Part shown: piece after piece, positions 18,250 through 27,084 of the stretch | Layout: each line of letters starts with the position of its first letter | Numbering within the stretch: position 1 is the stretch's first letter | Source: a virus | Taxonomy: Duplodnaviria > Caudoviricetes | Length of the DNA stretch: 64,000 bases | IMG/VR virus record: IMGVR_UViG_2904899368_000001 | Coordinates: 5,901 to 69,900 of that record | Strand: one strand, 5' to 3' | Made by a program: the position numbers and the translations under genes | The notes under the pieces: generated by a model | What the model saw: the letters and a program-made list of their open reading frames with translations, nothing else | The model's database searches: none | Told to the model about the DNA's origin: nothing

Positions 18250-18566
18250 ATGGTAGTAACGTTTGATAAAGAGTATCTGAAAGAATTGTATGAGTTTGGA
18301 AAGGCGAATGATAAAAAGCATCGTTTTCAACCTGATATCGTACGTAGATATAACGTTGTATAGATATAATAATCAGTGTCCCTGATGTAACTTCACTTTG
18401 TAAATACAATGGGCTGAGTTTTGAAAAATTATCAGGGGACAAAAAGGACTTTTGCTCTGTTAGAGTAAACAATCAATATCGTATTGAATTTACAACCACA
18501 GAGGTGCAAGGTGAAGTAGTGACTACCATCTGTAATATAATTGAATTGTCTAACCATTATAAATAG
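18250..18566 (+). CDS. higB: HigB/RelE-family toxin (1-nt deletion near 18352; missed by the ORF track)
   Basis: MVVTFDKEYLKELYE...SVRVNNQYRIEF after restoring one A; upstream TATCTTTG promoter; precedes HigA. Confidence 0.75.
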
Positions 18567-18572
18567 AAAGTT

Positions 18573-18917
18573 ATGATTAAAATAGATGGCGTAGACCCTA
18601 AAATGATAGCTAATAACTTAATTCCTTTTGAACCGACACACCCGGGAGAAGTATTAAAAGATGAAATTGAATTTAGGGGTATTTCTCAAAAGAAACTTGC
18701 TAAAGAGATGGGTGTGTCTTATACTGTATTAAATGAAATTCTGAATGCAAAGCGTTCACTAAATACAAAATATGCTATGCTCCTAGAAGCCGCGTTAGAT
18801 TTAGATGCGGAACCTTTGCTCAAAATGCAAACATCTTATAATTTGCAAATGGCAAAAAAAGACAACAGGTTTATGGAGAGAATTAATAAGGTGCGTAAGA
18901 TTGCAGCGTTATTATGA
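18573..18917 (+). CDS. higA: HigA antitoxin (HTH)
   Basis: PTHPGEVLKDEIEFRGISQKKLA ... LLKMQTSYNL. Confidence 0.9.
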   Translation: MIKIDGVDPKMIANNLIPFEPTHPGEVLKDEIEFRGISQKKLAKEMGVSYTVLNEILNAKRSLNTKYAMLLEAALDLDAEPLLKMQTSYNLQMAKKDNRFMERINKVRKIAALL

Positions 18918-18980
18918 TTGATGTTAGAGAATTAAGGATTGGTAATTATGTACACCTTTTTAAGAGTTTTATTATAATTT

Positions 18981-19012
18981 AGGCGTGATTCCATTTGGTT
19001 TCACGCCTTTTT
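18981..19012. terminator. intrinsic terminator between convergent genes
   Basis: AGGCGTGA / TCACGCCT followed by a T tract. Confidence 0.7.
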
Positions 19013-19062
19013 GTACCATTCTCTAAAGTTTTTTCAAATACTTTACAGTAACTTTCTAAAGT

Positions 19063-19847
19063 TTACTTATATTTCTTCATCTCCGGCAAATGTTTCCTTA
19101 TGTCACTAATACGTGTTGCGTCACTCGGATGCGTACTCATGATCTCTGGCACTGAACCCGATCCGCCCGCCGACATCTTCTGCCAGAATGTGACGGCCAC
19201 ATTCGGATTATAACCAGCCATCGTCATAAGAATAAGCCCCATATAGTCAGCCTCGGTTTCATGTTTGCGTGAGAATGGAAGCATCACACCGTATTGTGCC
19301 CCAAGACCATAGACTATATTCCCGGCTTTCTGTATGGCGGCGGATTTTCCACTGAGAGCCTCCCCCAAAATTTTCGCTCCGTATTGTGCAACCAGCTGCT
19401 GACTCATACGCTCATTGCTATGCTTGGCCACAGCGTGCGCCACTTCATGTCCGATAACTACAGCCAGTTCGTCATCAGAGGAAACCAGATTCATCAGTCC
19501 CTCATACACAACGATTTTGCCTCCCGGCATACAGAAAGCGTTCACCTGATTATCCTTAACCAGATTGAATTCCCATGAGAAGTTCCTCACCTCACCGGAC
19601 ATTCCATTATTTTCCAAGTATTGTTCCGTGGCAGCGGCTATTTTCTTTCCGACACGTGTCACCATGCTTTCTTTGTCGCGTTACTTGATATCGGTGCCGA
19701 CTTGATATATTCCGAATACTGGGTCAGACTTGATGAAAGCACTTCGGAGTCGGATACAAGCAGCATCTGTTTCCTGCCTGTCAAAGGAACACTTCCACAA
19801 CCGTATAACAGAAGCACGGTTGCAAATAAAGTCACAATTTTTTTCAT
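19063..19847 (-). CDS. M48-family zinc metalloprotease lipoprotein (host-type; frameshift near 19660)
   Basis: LYGC lipobox, VPLTGRKQ, NAFCMPGGKI, HEVAH, ETEAD, STHP. Confidence 0.85.
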
Positions 19848-20002
19848 GCACCTATAATTTTAAAAGTATGAACAAAGTTAACGATTATTTTCTAATTGTG
19901 ATAAGTCGATATATGAAAAAGCATTGCACATATCATTGGACGGTATTCATACAAAGCGCGACTGAAATGAACATGTCAATATCCAACTTTAAGTTAAATC
20001 AA

Positions 20003-20078
20003 GTTTAACTTGCTGTTAATCAGATGATTATATTTGCACACATCACTAATAATCAGTATCTTAGCTATATAAAAGAAA
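20003..20078 (+). promoter_or_regulatory. phage promoter module, copy 1
   Basis: closely similar to 31257-31332; contains TATATTTG and TATCTTAG (Bacteroidetes TAnnTTTG-like). Confidence 0.5.
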
Positions 20079-20110
20079 CCAATATTACTAACAATTAAAA
20101 CATAGAAGAT

Positions 20111-20493
20111 ATGAAAGTAACAGATATTAAAATGTACATCAGTACATTGTCTATTATCAAAAAAGGTCAAGAAATTGAATGTGGTGACTTTTTAGGTGGT
20201 AGAAAGTAAATGCCAGTCAAGAAGATGCCTTGAATAGCATGAAAAATGCTGTATATATGTATTTGTTTGCATCTATCATGAAGAAGGATAAAGGTTACAA
20301 AACAATGGCATTCACAATAACCGCTTGCAATTCTGCTATTTATGATAACAGCATGAAGACAGAGGTTGTATGTAAGGTTGGTTATAAAGAAATGATACAG
20401 CTTATCAAAGATGGGTATAGAAGTCCACTATTTGATACTCGCAAGCTGAAATCATTGGTAGATATGAGACTTAAAGAGCTAAAGATAGCATAA
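20111..20493 (+). CDS. hypothetical early protein (frameshift near 20205)
   Basis: MKVTDIK start continues into the 20230..20493 frame. Confidence 0.5.
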
Positions 20494-20499
20494 TAACCA

Positions 20500-20521
20500 G
20501 CAGGGCGAAAGCCCTGCGCAA
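20500..20521 (+). repeat. intergenic GAAA-tetraloop hairpin, copy 1
   Basis: GCAGGGC-GAAA-GCCCTGC-GCAA, identical to 20752-20773. Confidence 0.8.
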
Positions 20522-20532
20522 CAAAAAAGAAT

Positions 20533-20742
20533 ATGACCAAGAAAGAATTAATTGCAGCACTTGCAAATGTAAATGATGACGCGGTGGTATTGTTTGGCAC
20601 GAAAGAAATTCAGTTTTTCGGTGCATTTGCTACACAGGTATATATTAACTGGGATAGTAATGAGGTTCTTATAGCCAATAAGCACACAGATGCCACAACA
20701 CCAGTTTACTGCGAGTTATTACATGAGGATAAAACGCATTAA
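20533..20742 (+). CDS. hypothetical early protein
   Basis: lies between the two hairpin repeats. Confidence 0.6.
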   Translation: MTKKELIAALANVNDDAVVLFGTKEIQFFGAFATQVYINWDSNEVLIANKHTDATTPVYCELLHEDKTH

Positions 20743-20751
20743 CATAAATCG

Positions 20752-20773
20752 GCAGGGCGAAAGCCCTGCGCAA
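20752..20773 (+). repeat. intergenic GAAA-tetraloop hairpin, copy 2
   Basis: identical to 20500-20521. Confidence 0.8.
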
Positions 20774-20784
20774 TATAGAAGAAT

Positions 20785-20937
20785 ATGAAACGGTATTATT
20801 TAGAGCTTAACGGTGTATTTGTGAAAGATTCTAATTCTCTTAAAATCATAACAAGACATTATGAAAATTACCGTAAAAAGTATAAAGACGGTTTAATAGG
20901 TGTCTATGACAAACAAACAGGTGAATATATATTTTGA
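20785..20937 (+). CDS. small hypothetical protein (50 aa; not in ORF track)
   Basis: MKRYYLELNG...; follows hairpin copy 2. Confidence 0.5.
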   Translation: MKRYYLELNGVFVKDSNSLKIITRHYENYRKKYKDGLIGVYDKQTGEYIF

Positions 20938-20989
20938 TTATTTTAAGTCCTAATCCGGTAGCCTTCGGGCTACCACAATATACACGATT

Positions 20990-21142
20990 ATGAAAACAAT
21001 GGCTTTTTATGTAAATGGTGACGAAATGGTACAAGTTAATTTTGAATCATCTAAAACAGAATGCTTGTTACTTATTATCAATAGACTGTGTAGATATGTT
21101 GCACGCTTTGGATATAATGTTCAAATAGAAATTAGAAATTGA
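20990..21142 (+). CDS. small hypothetical protein (50 aa; not in ORF track)
   Basis: MKTMAFYVNG...; follows the TTCG hairpin at 20957-20974. Confidence 0.5.
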   Translation: MKTMAFYVNGDEMVQVNFESSKTECLLLIINRLCRYVARFGYNVQIEIRN

Positions 21143-21144
21143 TT

Positions 21145-21342
21145 ATGAAAGCAGATTTAGTTTTAGTTATCAGCCCTGAAGCCCCACTGATGAAGCAACT
21201 GGGCAAAGTGTTAGGTAAGATGGTAACCCCTTATGACTTCTCTACTATAGAGAGGGGTGAAAAGTACATCACCATACAGCATGATGAAACAGGGCTTGTA
21301 GTGGCTTATACAAGTGAAGAAAGATTGAATGTGAAACATTAA
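21145..21342 (+). CDS. conserved hypothetical phage protein
   Basis: coupled ORF. Confidence 0.6.
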   Translation: MKADLVLVISPEAPLMKQLGKVLGKMVTPYDFSTIERGEKYITIQHDETGLVVAYTSEERLNVKH

Positions 21343-21354
21343 ATATAGATTATT

Positions 21355-21705
21355 ATGGGTGAAATAGCAGATAGTTTAATTAACGGTGAATTTGATTTTA
21401 TTACAGGGGAATATATAGGTGAAGCGGTTGGCTATCCAAGAACGCTTGCTTATGGCAGACATGAATACATGCCACCAGTTGAAAAGAAGCCTACCAGCAA
21501 GGCGAATGTCTGTATAACTAACATGTGTAAGGACAGAGGTTTCAGTAACCGTGAAAAGATTGAATTAGTAGCCAAATTCTTGTATAGCAAAGGTTATAAA
21601 CAATTGCCTAACCTATCCCATCAGTATAAAATCATTCACAGCCAGTACAAGAATGATTTTAAAAAGTTTTTGGTTGAACAAGTAAAGCAAAGAAAGGATG
21701 AATAA
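21355..21705 (+). CDS. hypothetical protein
   Basis: MGEIADSLINGEFD start; coupled ORF. Confidence 0.6.
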   Translation: MGEIADSLINGEFDFITGEYIGEAVGYPRTLAYGRHEYMPPVEKKPTSKANVCITNMCKDRGFSNREKIELVAKFLYSKGYKQLPNLSHQYKIIHSQYKNDFKKFLVEQVKQRKDE

Positions 21706-21985
21706 TATCTTCACAATATGCTATTCAGAAGAAGAAGCAAATGAAATAGGCCACTTCATTTTGAGTAGAGGATACGAGGGTGTTCAAAATGATAGCTATA
21801 GATATTGCCGTGAAGCGATTTGGTGGGCTTTCAAACAAGCTAAAAGGCATCATTTAAATTGCATCTACGTTGGCGTTGCAGGTTGCCAAATGACTGTATC
21901 AAAATCAAAGCGAGGTCTTAGACGAAACGGTCTTAAATACATAGAGAAAAGGCGAATGTTTTACAAATTACTAAGTAAGTATTGA
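21698..21985 (+). CDS. hypothetical protein
   Basis: overlapping ORF. Confidence 0.6.
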   Translation: MNNIFTICYSEEEANEIGHFILSRGYEGVQNDSYRYCREAIWWAFKQAKRHHLNCIYVGVAGCQMTVSKSKRGLRRNGLKYIEKRRMFYKLLSKY

Positions 21986-21988
21986 TAA

Positions 21989-22228
21989 ATGATTATGAAC
22001 TCAATTAACGACGAAAGAGGTTGCAGCGTATGCCAACCCGGTAAAGAGAATTACACTACCTACACAACGAAGTTAGGCAGAAAGAGAGTGAGAATGTACC
22101 AGTACGATTACCGTACTGAAAGTGGTGAACTCTTTGCTTGTTGTGCGCCTACCTTAGAGGCGTGTAGAGAAAGACGGGACAAATGGCTTACTGGAAGCAC
22201 AAGTGAAGACAAGAGATGCTCTTATTAA
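21989..22228 (+). CDS. DUF3873-like protein
   Basis: GCSVCQPGKENY..YQYDYRTESGELFACCAPTLEACR. Confidence 0.7.
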   Translation: MIMNSINDERGCSVCQPGKENYTTYTTKLGRKRVRMYQYDYRTESGELFACCAPTLEACRERRDKWLTGSTSEDKRCSY

Positions 22229-22252
22229 TGAATTGAAGGAAGGAGGTAAGCA

Positions 22253-22507
22253 ATGACGCAGAAACAAGCATTGAAGTCGTTAGAGGATTACTGCAAGGTA
22301 AACAATATGCACCTAACAAGTTCCTCATTTACCAGAAACGCTTATGCAATTGTGGCGCATGACACAAACCAAACCTGGAACCGAATATTTGAAAATGGAA
22401 TACCATGCCACCGTTTAAGCGGCTATCATACGCCAAAAGAGCTTTTGATATGGCTTGACGCTATCACGCCGGGATACAGAAAGGAGGTAAGAAATAGGGA
22501 TGATTAA
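22253..22507 (+). CDS. hypothetical protein
   Basis: ORF in early cluster. Confidence 0.5.
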   Translation: MTQKQALKSLEDYCKVNNMHLTSSSFTRNAYAIVAHDTNQTWNRIFENGIPCHRLSGYHTPKELLIWLDAITPGYRKEVRNRDD

Positions 22508-22970
22508 ATTTAGAGGTGTAAATATCTTTGGCAATGAATGGTTGTATGGGAATCTTGTTAAGATAGAAGAAAACAGATATTCCATATTGCCCGAAATAAA
22601 TGATATGCCGACATGCAAGTGTATAGCTGATTATGATGTAGATCATAATACCATTGGTCGATTCACTGGTTTGTTCGATAAAAACGGGAAAGAAATCTAT
22701 GAGCGTGATTACATTTCCATAATCTACAAGTATGAAGGCATCGCAAATGGATGCGCTATCCCCGATCATGATTGTATTTGTTATGGAGAAGTGGTTTACA
22801 TGGATGGCTTCGCTTGCTTTGGCTTGCGTCTGCATAAAGCGGAATACCCAATAAGCCAAGAATTAAAAGAGTGCCAGTACCTTACTGTCCCTCTGCTTCA
22901 GTTTGATCTGGAATGTGATAGTATTGAGGTATTTGGAAATGTGTTTGATAATCCTGAATTGCTAAAATGA
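22500..22970 (+). CDS. YopX-family protein
   Basis: IKFRG, EWLYGNL, FTGLFDKNGKEIYE.D, IEVFGNVFDNPELL. Confidence 0.85.
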   Translation: MIKFRGVNIFGNEWLYGNLVKIEENRYSILPEINDMPTCKCIADYDVDHNTIGRFTGLFDKNGKEIYERDYISIIYKYEGIANGCAIPDHDCICYGEVVYMDGFACFGLRLHKAEYPISQELKECQYLTVPLLQFDLECDSIEVFGNVFDNPELLK

Positions 22971-22977
22971 ATAGAAT

Positions 22978-23388
22978 ATGGGAAATAAAGTAGTAGCATT
23001 TATAAGATCAAACGAATGGTTTAAGTCCACTATGGTAGAGCATGGCACACATAATGGATATGTAGCTGTCCCTTCTATGAACAAATATCATGGAATGTCT
23101 TATTTGGATATTAATGATATAGACGTTCATGGCGGTATAACATTTTCAGAACCGGCAATAAGCGGTGAAGAATCTATCGGAAGCAAAAGGAAAATTAATC
23201 CAAGGTATGTCGGAAAAAGAAATCCCATATTGGATAATGCTGAGTTTATCACCGACAACACAGAAATAGGTAATGATTGGTGGATATTCGGATTTGATAC
23301 ATTCCATTATGGAGATGATAAATATAATTGGGATAAACAAGCTGTCATACAAGAGACAATGAACTTGATGGAACAAATAGAAAAATAA
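22978..23388 (+). CDS. conserved hypothetical phage protein
   Basis: HNGYVAV, VHGGITF, WWIFGFDTFH motifs. Confidence 0.65.
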   Translation: MGNKVVAFIRSNEWFKSTMVEHGTHNGYVAVPSMNKYHGMSYLDINDIDVHGGITFSEPAISGEESIGSKRKINPRYVGKRNPILDNAEFITDNTEIGNDWWIFGFDTFHYGDDKYNWDKQAVIQETMNLMEQIEK

Positions 23389-23393
23389 GCAAT

Positions 23394-23570
23394 ATGAAGT
23401 ACAGAATCAAAATAATAGAAACCCTTTCTAAAGTGGTAGAGGTGGAAGCGGATGATTATGATTCCGCTTTCGAGAAAGTTGAGGAAATGGTTAACTGTGA
23501 AGAAGTAGTTCTTACAGCAGATGATTTTGAAGGTCGTGAATTTTATCCGGTAGAAGATTATGAAAAGTAA
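23394..23570 (+). CDS. DpnD/PcfM-like small protein (not in ORF track)
   Basis: MKYRIKIIETLSKVVEVEA...EEVVLTADDF. Confidence 0.6.
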   Translation: MKYRIKIIETLSKVVEVEADDYDSAFEKVEEMVNCEEVVLTADDFEGREFYPVEDYEK

Positions 23571-23760
23571 CAAAGAATACAAAGTAAAAGTCCAGTTTGT
23601 CTTAGAAGGAGAAGTAACTGTCAATGCTTGCAGCAAAGATGAAGCGAAAGAATTGGTTGAAGAAAGTTTTGGTCTTGTCGTTGGTGGTAATTTGCACTCT
23701 ATGGATTCAAGAATAATCGATTGGGATTTCCCCGTTCATCCTGAAATGATTGTGAAGTAA
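23560..23760 (+). CDS. hypothetical protein
   Basis: coupled ORF. Confidence 0.55.
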   Translation: MKSNKEYKVKVQFVLEGEVTVNACSKDEAKELVEESFGLVVGGNLHSMDSRIIDWDFPVHPEMIVK

Positions 23761-23766
23761 ATCAGT

Positions 23767-24042
23767 ATGGCAAAAGTATATGAAAACAAGAAAGGATTCA
23801 AGGTCATACAAGCCACTCGTGGCGAAATGATATGCGCGCTCAGTGAATATGGATGTGTCGGAATTTGCGACAGCTGTGGTTCCAGTAATTGCCAAGATGG
23901 ATTCTACATCGCAGTCCTTAATTGCTGGTATTGTTCTGATTGCTTCCATAAGTGGTATGCCAGAGCTAAACGCTATGCTTCCGATGAATATGTTGAAAAC
24001 AAGAATTTTGAATTGTATAAGGCTGTTTTAGGGATCTATTAG
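23767..24042 (+). CDS. Cys-rich hypothetical protein
   Basis: CDSC and CSDC pairs. Confidence 0.55.
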   Translation: MAKVYENKKGFKVIQATRGEMICALSEYGCVGICDSCGSSNCQDGFYIAVLNCWYCSDCFHKWYARAKRYASDEYVENKNFELYKAVLGIY

Positions 24043-24117
24043 TTGTTTATGATGGTAATTTAATTTATAACATTTTGATATCAAATATATTATACATTCA
24101 CATCTAAATATCAGGAT

Positions 24118-24363
24118 ATGAGAACAAAAACAGAAAAAGCAATCAATTTATTCGAGTCTGGGTGCCTGAAAGAAGCGTTATCCATCCTCCGCACCTTCCG
24201 CATCGGATTCACCAAAGAAGAACGCAGAACACTGCAAATTGCAAGTGAAAGTCTTGCCGGAAATGAGAACTTCTACCAACAGATAGGAATCGACACAGAT
24301 TCCATGATAAGCAAATCGGTTGAAATAATCACAGAAAAGTATTTGAGCAATGAAAAAGTTTAG
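24118..24363 (+). CDS. hypothetical protein
   Basis: 81-aa ORF. Confidence 0.55.
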   Translation: MRTKTEKAINLFESGCLKEALSILRTFRIGFTKEERRTLQIASESLAGNENFYQQIGIDTDSMISKSVEIITEKYLSNEKV

Positions 24364-24418
24364 TGTAAAATAGGGCGTAAAGCTTGTTACATTATAACTA
24401 ATTAGTTATATTTGCATC

Positions 24419-24784
24419 ATGGAATCAATAGAAACTAAAACCACTGATATAAGAACCATATACAAGACAGAGGAATTTGAAGAGTTCTACAATGATCTAA
24501 ATGCAAGGGTAAAGGATAAGTTCGAGTATACATTTGAACTTGTACAAACGGTGTATGCCTTGCCTGTAAAGTATATAAAGCATTTGGATGGAACAGACTT
24601 ATATGAAATGCGTGTGTCAGTCGGCTCTAATGAGTACAGAACTGTGTTATTTGCAATTGACAACAGCAATGTCATTTTAGCAACAAAAATAATCCTGCTT
24701 AACGGATTTTTAAAGAAATCTACAAAGGATTACAATAAGCAAATAGCCAAAGCAATACGAATTTTAAAAGATTTAGCATTATGA
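24419..24784 (+). CDS. RelE/ParE-family (Gp49-like) toxin
   Basis: LYEMRV..GSNEYR, LLNGFLKKS; own TATATTTG promoter; ATGA overlap with an HTH gene. Confidence 0.8.
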   Translation: MESIETKTTDIRTIYKTEEFEEFYNDLNARVKDKFEYTFELVQTVYALPVKYIKHLDGTDLYEMRVSVGSNEYRTVLFAIDNSNVILATKIILLNGFLKKSTKDYNKQIAKAIRILKDLAL

Positions 24785-25092
24785 TACAGTTAGATGAAAA
24801 GAAGTTGGCAAGACTCAGAACAACCAACCAGCAACTTAATGAGAAATATGGGGAACATGGTACAGATACTCGTGAGAAGTTCAATGAGAAGTCGATGGCA
24901 TGGTATTATGGTGATATACTTCGTGAACGCCGCAAGGAGCTAAAATTGACCCAGAAGCAGTTGGCGCAGAAAATTGGTAAGGAGCAAAGTTATATCGCCC
25001 GTGTGGAAAAAGGGGAAGTAGATATCCAGTTATCAAGTTTTTTCCGCATTGCGCGTGCGTTGGGTATCGAGTTTACGCCTACATTTGTTTGA
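24781..25092 (+). CDS. XRE-family HTH antitoxin
   Basis: LRERRKELKLTQKQLAQKIG..QSYIARVEKG. Confidence 0.85.
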   Translation: MIQLDEKKLARLRTTNQQLNEKYGEHGTDTREKFNEKSMAWYYGDILRERRKELKLTQKQLAQKIGKEQSYIARVEKGEVDIQLSSFFRIARALGIEFTPTFV

Positions 25093-25128
25093 AGTTAATT
25101 TTATATTCATAGAACATTTGCTTGCATT

Positions 25129-25161
25129 AAGGCAGAATGGAGAAGTCCGTTCTGCCTTTTT
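25129..25161 (+). terminator. intrinsic terminator
   Basis: AAGGCAGAATGG / CCGTTCTGCCTT followed by a T tract. Confidence 0.75.
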
Positions 25162-25306
25162 CGTTTCTGCAAGTAAAAGTTAAATCTTTGTCTTTCAGTA
25201 TTTTACGATGAAAATAAAAGATATAAACCATTGTAAATCAATTATTTATTTGTATCTTTACAATATCAAAATAACACCTATTAATAACAAGTAAAAGTAA
25301 AGAGCA

Positions 25307-25480
25307 ATGAAAACAGAAGAACTTATCAGATACTACAAAGCAAACATTGAAGCTATTGAAAAAGGATTGAACAACGACTCTCTTTCAGCAGATAAAAAAT
25401 TCAGATTGGGATATACACAACAAGCGTTGGACGGATATAAGTCTGCTTTACAAGAACTTCTTGGAAATAATAACGACTAA
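25307..25480 (+). CDS. small hypothetical protein (not in ORF track)
   Basis: 57-aa ORF after a promoter-like AT-rich gap. Confidence 0.5.
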   Translation: MKTEELIRYYKANIEAIEKGLNNDSLSADKKFRLGYTQQALDGYKSALQELLGNNND

Positions 25481-25496
25481 TAATAGAAGAGAGCAA

Positions 25497-25781
25497 ATGA
25501 GCAAAGTAACAGAACTAACAAAAGAGTTTCAAAGAGTGATGTATTCCACTACATATTCATTTGAGATTGATACCGAAGATTATGTTTTCGGATTCAAAAA
25601 CACAATAAAGAAGCGTACAAAAAGTTTAGCCAAGGCAAGCAAGCTAAAAGTGAAGTTAACCAATGATTGTGGTCGGTTCTTGTCAGAAACGGTGAGAGTT
25701 GTTGCTGTACGCTTCTACAAGAATGGAGAGCTTACCAAAAAATTGAAAGCAGAAGAGATATCTGCAAAGTATAACGGATAA
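25497..25781 (+). CDS. hypothetical protein
   Basis: ORF in cluster. Confidence 0.55.
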   Translation: MSKVTELTKEFQRVMYSTTYSFEIDTEDYVFGFKNTIKKRTKSLAKASKLKVKLTNDCGRFLSETVRVVAVRFYKNGELTKKLKAEEISAKYNG

Positions 25782-25792
25782 ATCATAGAACT

Positions 25793-26443
25793 ATGAATAC
25801 TTATTATAAATTCTGTCCAAATGTATTTTTGGCAAAGTGCGATGAAAAGCACGAAAAAGGAGAAGTTATTGAGGTTACAACCAAGTATGGCAAAGAGAAT
25901 GAAAGCATAGTTTTTAATCTGATTTTCGAGAAAGATGGTTTCTATTATTACTCTATCGTTCGGGCTGACGGATTTAATGTACAGGAATGGGCGAAGCAAA
26001 GAGCGGAACGCAGGCATGATTGGGCATCATTGGCTGCACAAAAGAGTAATGAGTATTTCAATCGCTCGAACAAAGATAGAGATTTCCTTTCCTTAGGCGA
26101 ACCAATCAAAGTCGGACATCATAGTGAAAAGCGGCACAGGAAGATGATAGAAGATTCCTGGAACAATATGGGCAAAAGTGCTGAGCTCAGCGACAAGGCT
26201 GCCGAACATGAAAGAGTAGCCAAGTATTGGGAAAAACGTGCTGAAACGATCAATCTTTCAATGCCTGAAAGTATCGATTTCTACGAACATAAGCTGGAAC
26301 AAGCTAAAGAATTCCATGAAGGTGTGAAGTCCGGCAAATACCCACGAGAACACGCCTACACTCTTACTTATGCCAAGAAAGCCGTAAATGAGGCACAGAA
26401 GAATTATGAACTTGCACTAAAGTTGTGGGGAGATGAAGAATAA
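25793..26443 (+). CDS. DUF3560 domain protein
   Basis: GEPIKVGHHSEKRHRK signature. Confidence 0.85.
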   Translation: MNTYYKFCPNVFLAKCDEKHEKGEVIEVTTKYGKENESIVFNLIFEKDGFYYYSIVRADGFNVQEWAKQRAERRHDWASLAAQKSNEYFNRSNKDRDFLSLGEPIKVGHHSEKRHRKMIEDSWNNMGKSAELSDKAAEHERVAKYWEKRAETINLSMPESIDFYEHKLEQAKEFHEGVKSGKYPREHAYTLTYAKKAVNEAQKNYELALKLWGDEE

Positions 26444-26618
26444 AGTATACGTTTTGTTTCAAACTGATATTTGGAAAACAAAATCAAGTAGAGTGTGTTT
26501 CGGTGTATTTCTTTATGAAAATGCTGCTATTGATGCTGCCAAAGAAAATGGTTTATATACCAATGAAAGTGAAGTTGATATTATAGAATGTGAACTTGGA
26601 AAATTTGAGGAATTATGA
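26433..26618 (+). CDS. hypothetical protein
   Basis: coupled ORF. Confidence 0.5.
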   Translation: MKNKVYVLFQTDIWKTKSSRVCFGVFLYENAAIDAAKENGLYTNESEVDIIECELGKFEEL

Positions 26619-26800
26619 AAACGATAGTAAAAGTCTATCTGAAAGACGAGCATGGCAATGAAGACTGGTTCGTTACCCCCATTAACCTCCCAGAACAAGA
26701 AGCGCACGAAAACTATATAGGTAAACGCTTCAATATAGGAATAGATACAGACCATATGATGAAATGTTGGAAGGTTGAGACCTTGAGAGTAGAAAAATAG
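26615..26800 (+). CDS. hypothetical protein
   Basis: coupled ORF. Confidence 0.5.
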   Translation: MKTIVKVYLKDEHGNEDWFVTPINLPEQEAHENYIGKRFNIGIDTDHMMKCWKVETLRVEK

Positions 26801-26878
26801 TATTTTTGCCCAGTTTTATTTGAAAGACAAATAAAATATTGTATTTTTGAGGCAGAAATAAGAGAAAACAGCTAAATT

Positions 26879-26999
26879 GAAGGAATGACAGAAATGGGAT
26901 TGTTAAGTAGCCGCCTGTCAGCGGTGAAAAAGGATGGACGTAAACAGTCTGACAGCGTGGAATATCATCCGATTGCAAGTTCAAGTCTTGCTTCCTTCA
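26879..26999 (+). ncRNA. oversized tRNA-like RNA (121 nt)
   Basis: acceptor GAAGGAA/TTCCTTC+A; D arm ACAG/TTGT with GG loop; T arm GCAAG-TTCAAGT-CTTGC; non-canonical centre. Confidence 0.55.
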
Positions 27000-27011
27000 A
27001 TTAGCTAACAA

Positions 27012-27084
27012 GGGAATTTAGCAAAGTTGGTCTATGCGTCGGACTGAAAATCCGAAGAACAAGGTTCGAATCCTTGAGTTCCCG
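27012..27084 (+). tRNA. tRNA-Phe(GAA)
   Basis: GGGAATT/AGTTCCC acceptor; TCGGA-CTGAAAA-TCCGA anticodon arm; CAAGG-TTCGAAT-CCTTG T arm; CCA not encoded. Confidence 0.85.

Noticed and set aside
20500-20773. CRISPR-like repeat-spacer array
   Set aside because: Only two 22-nt copies, separated by a 230-nt protein-coding gene; no cas genes.
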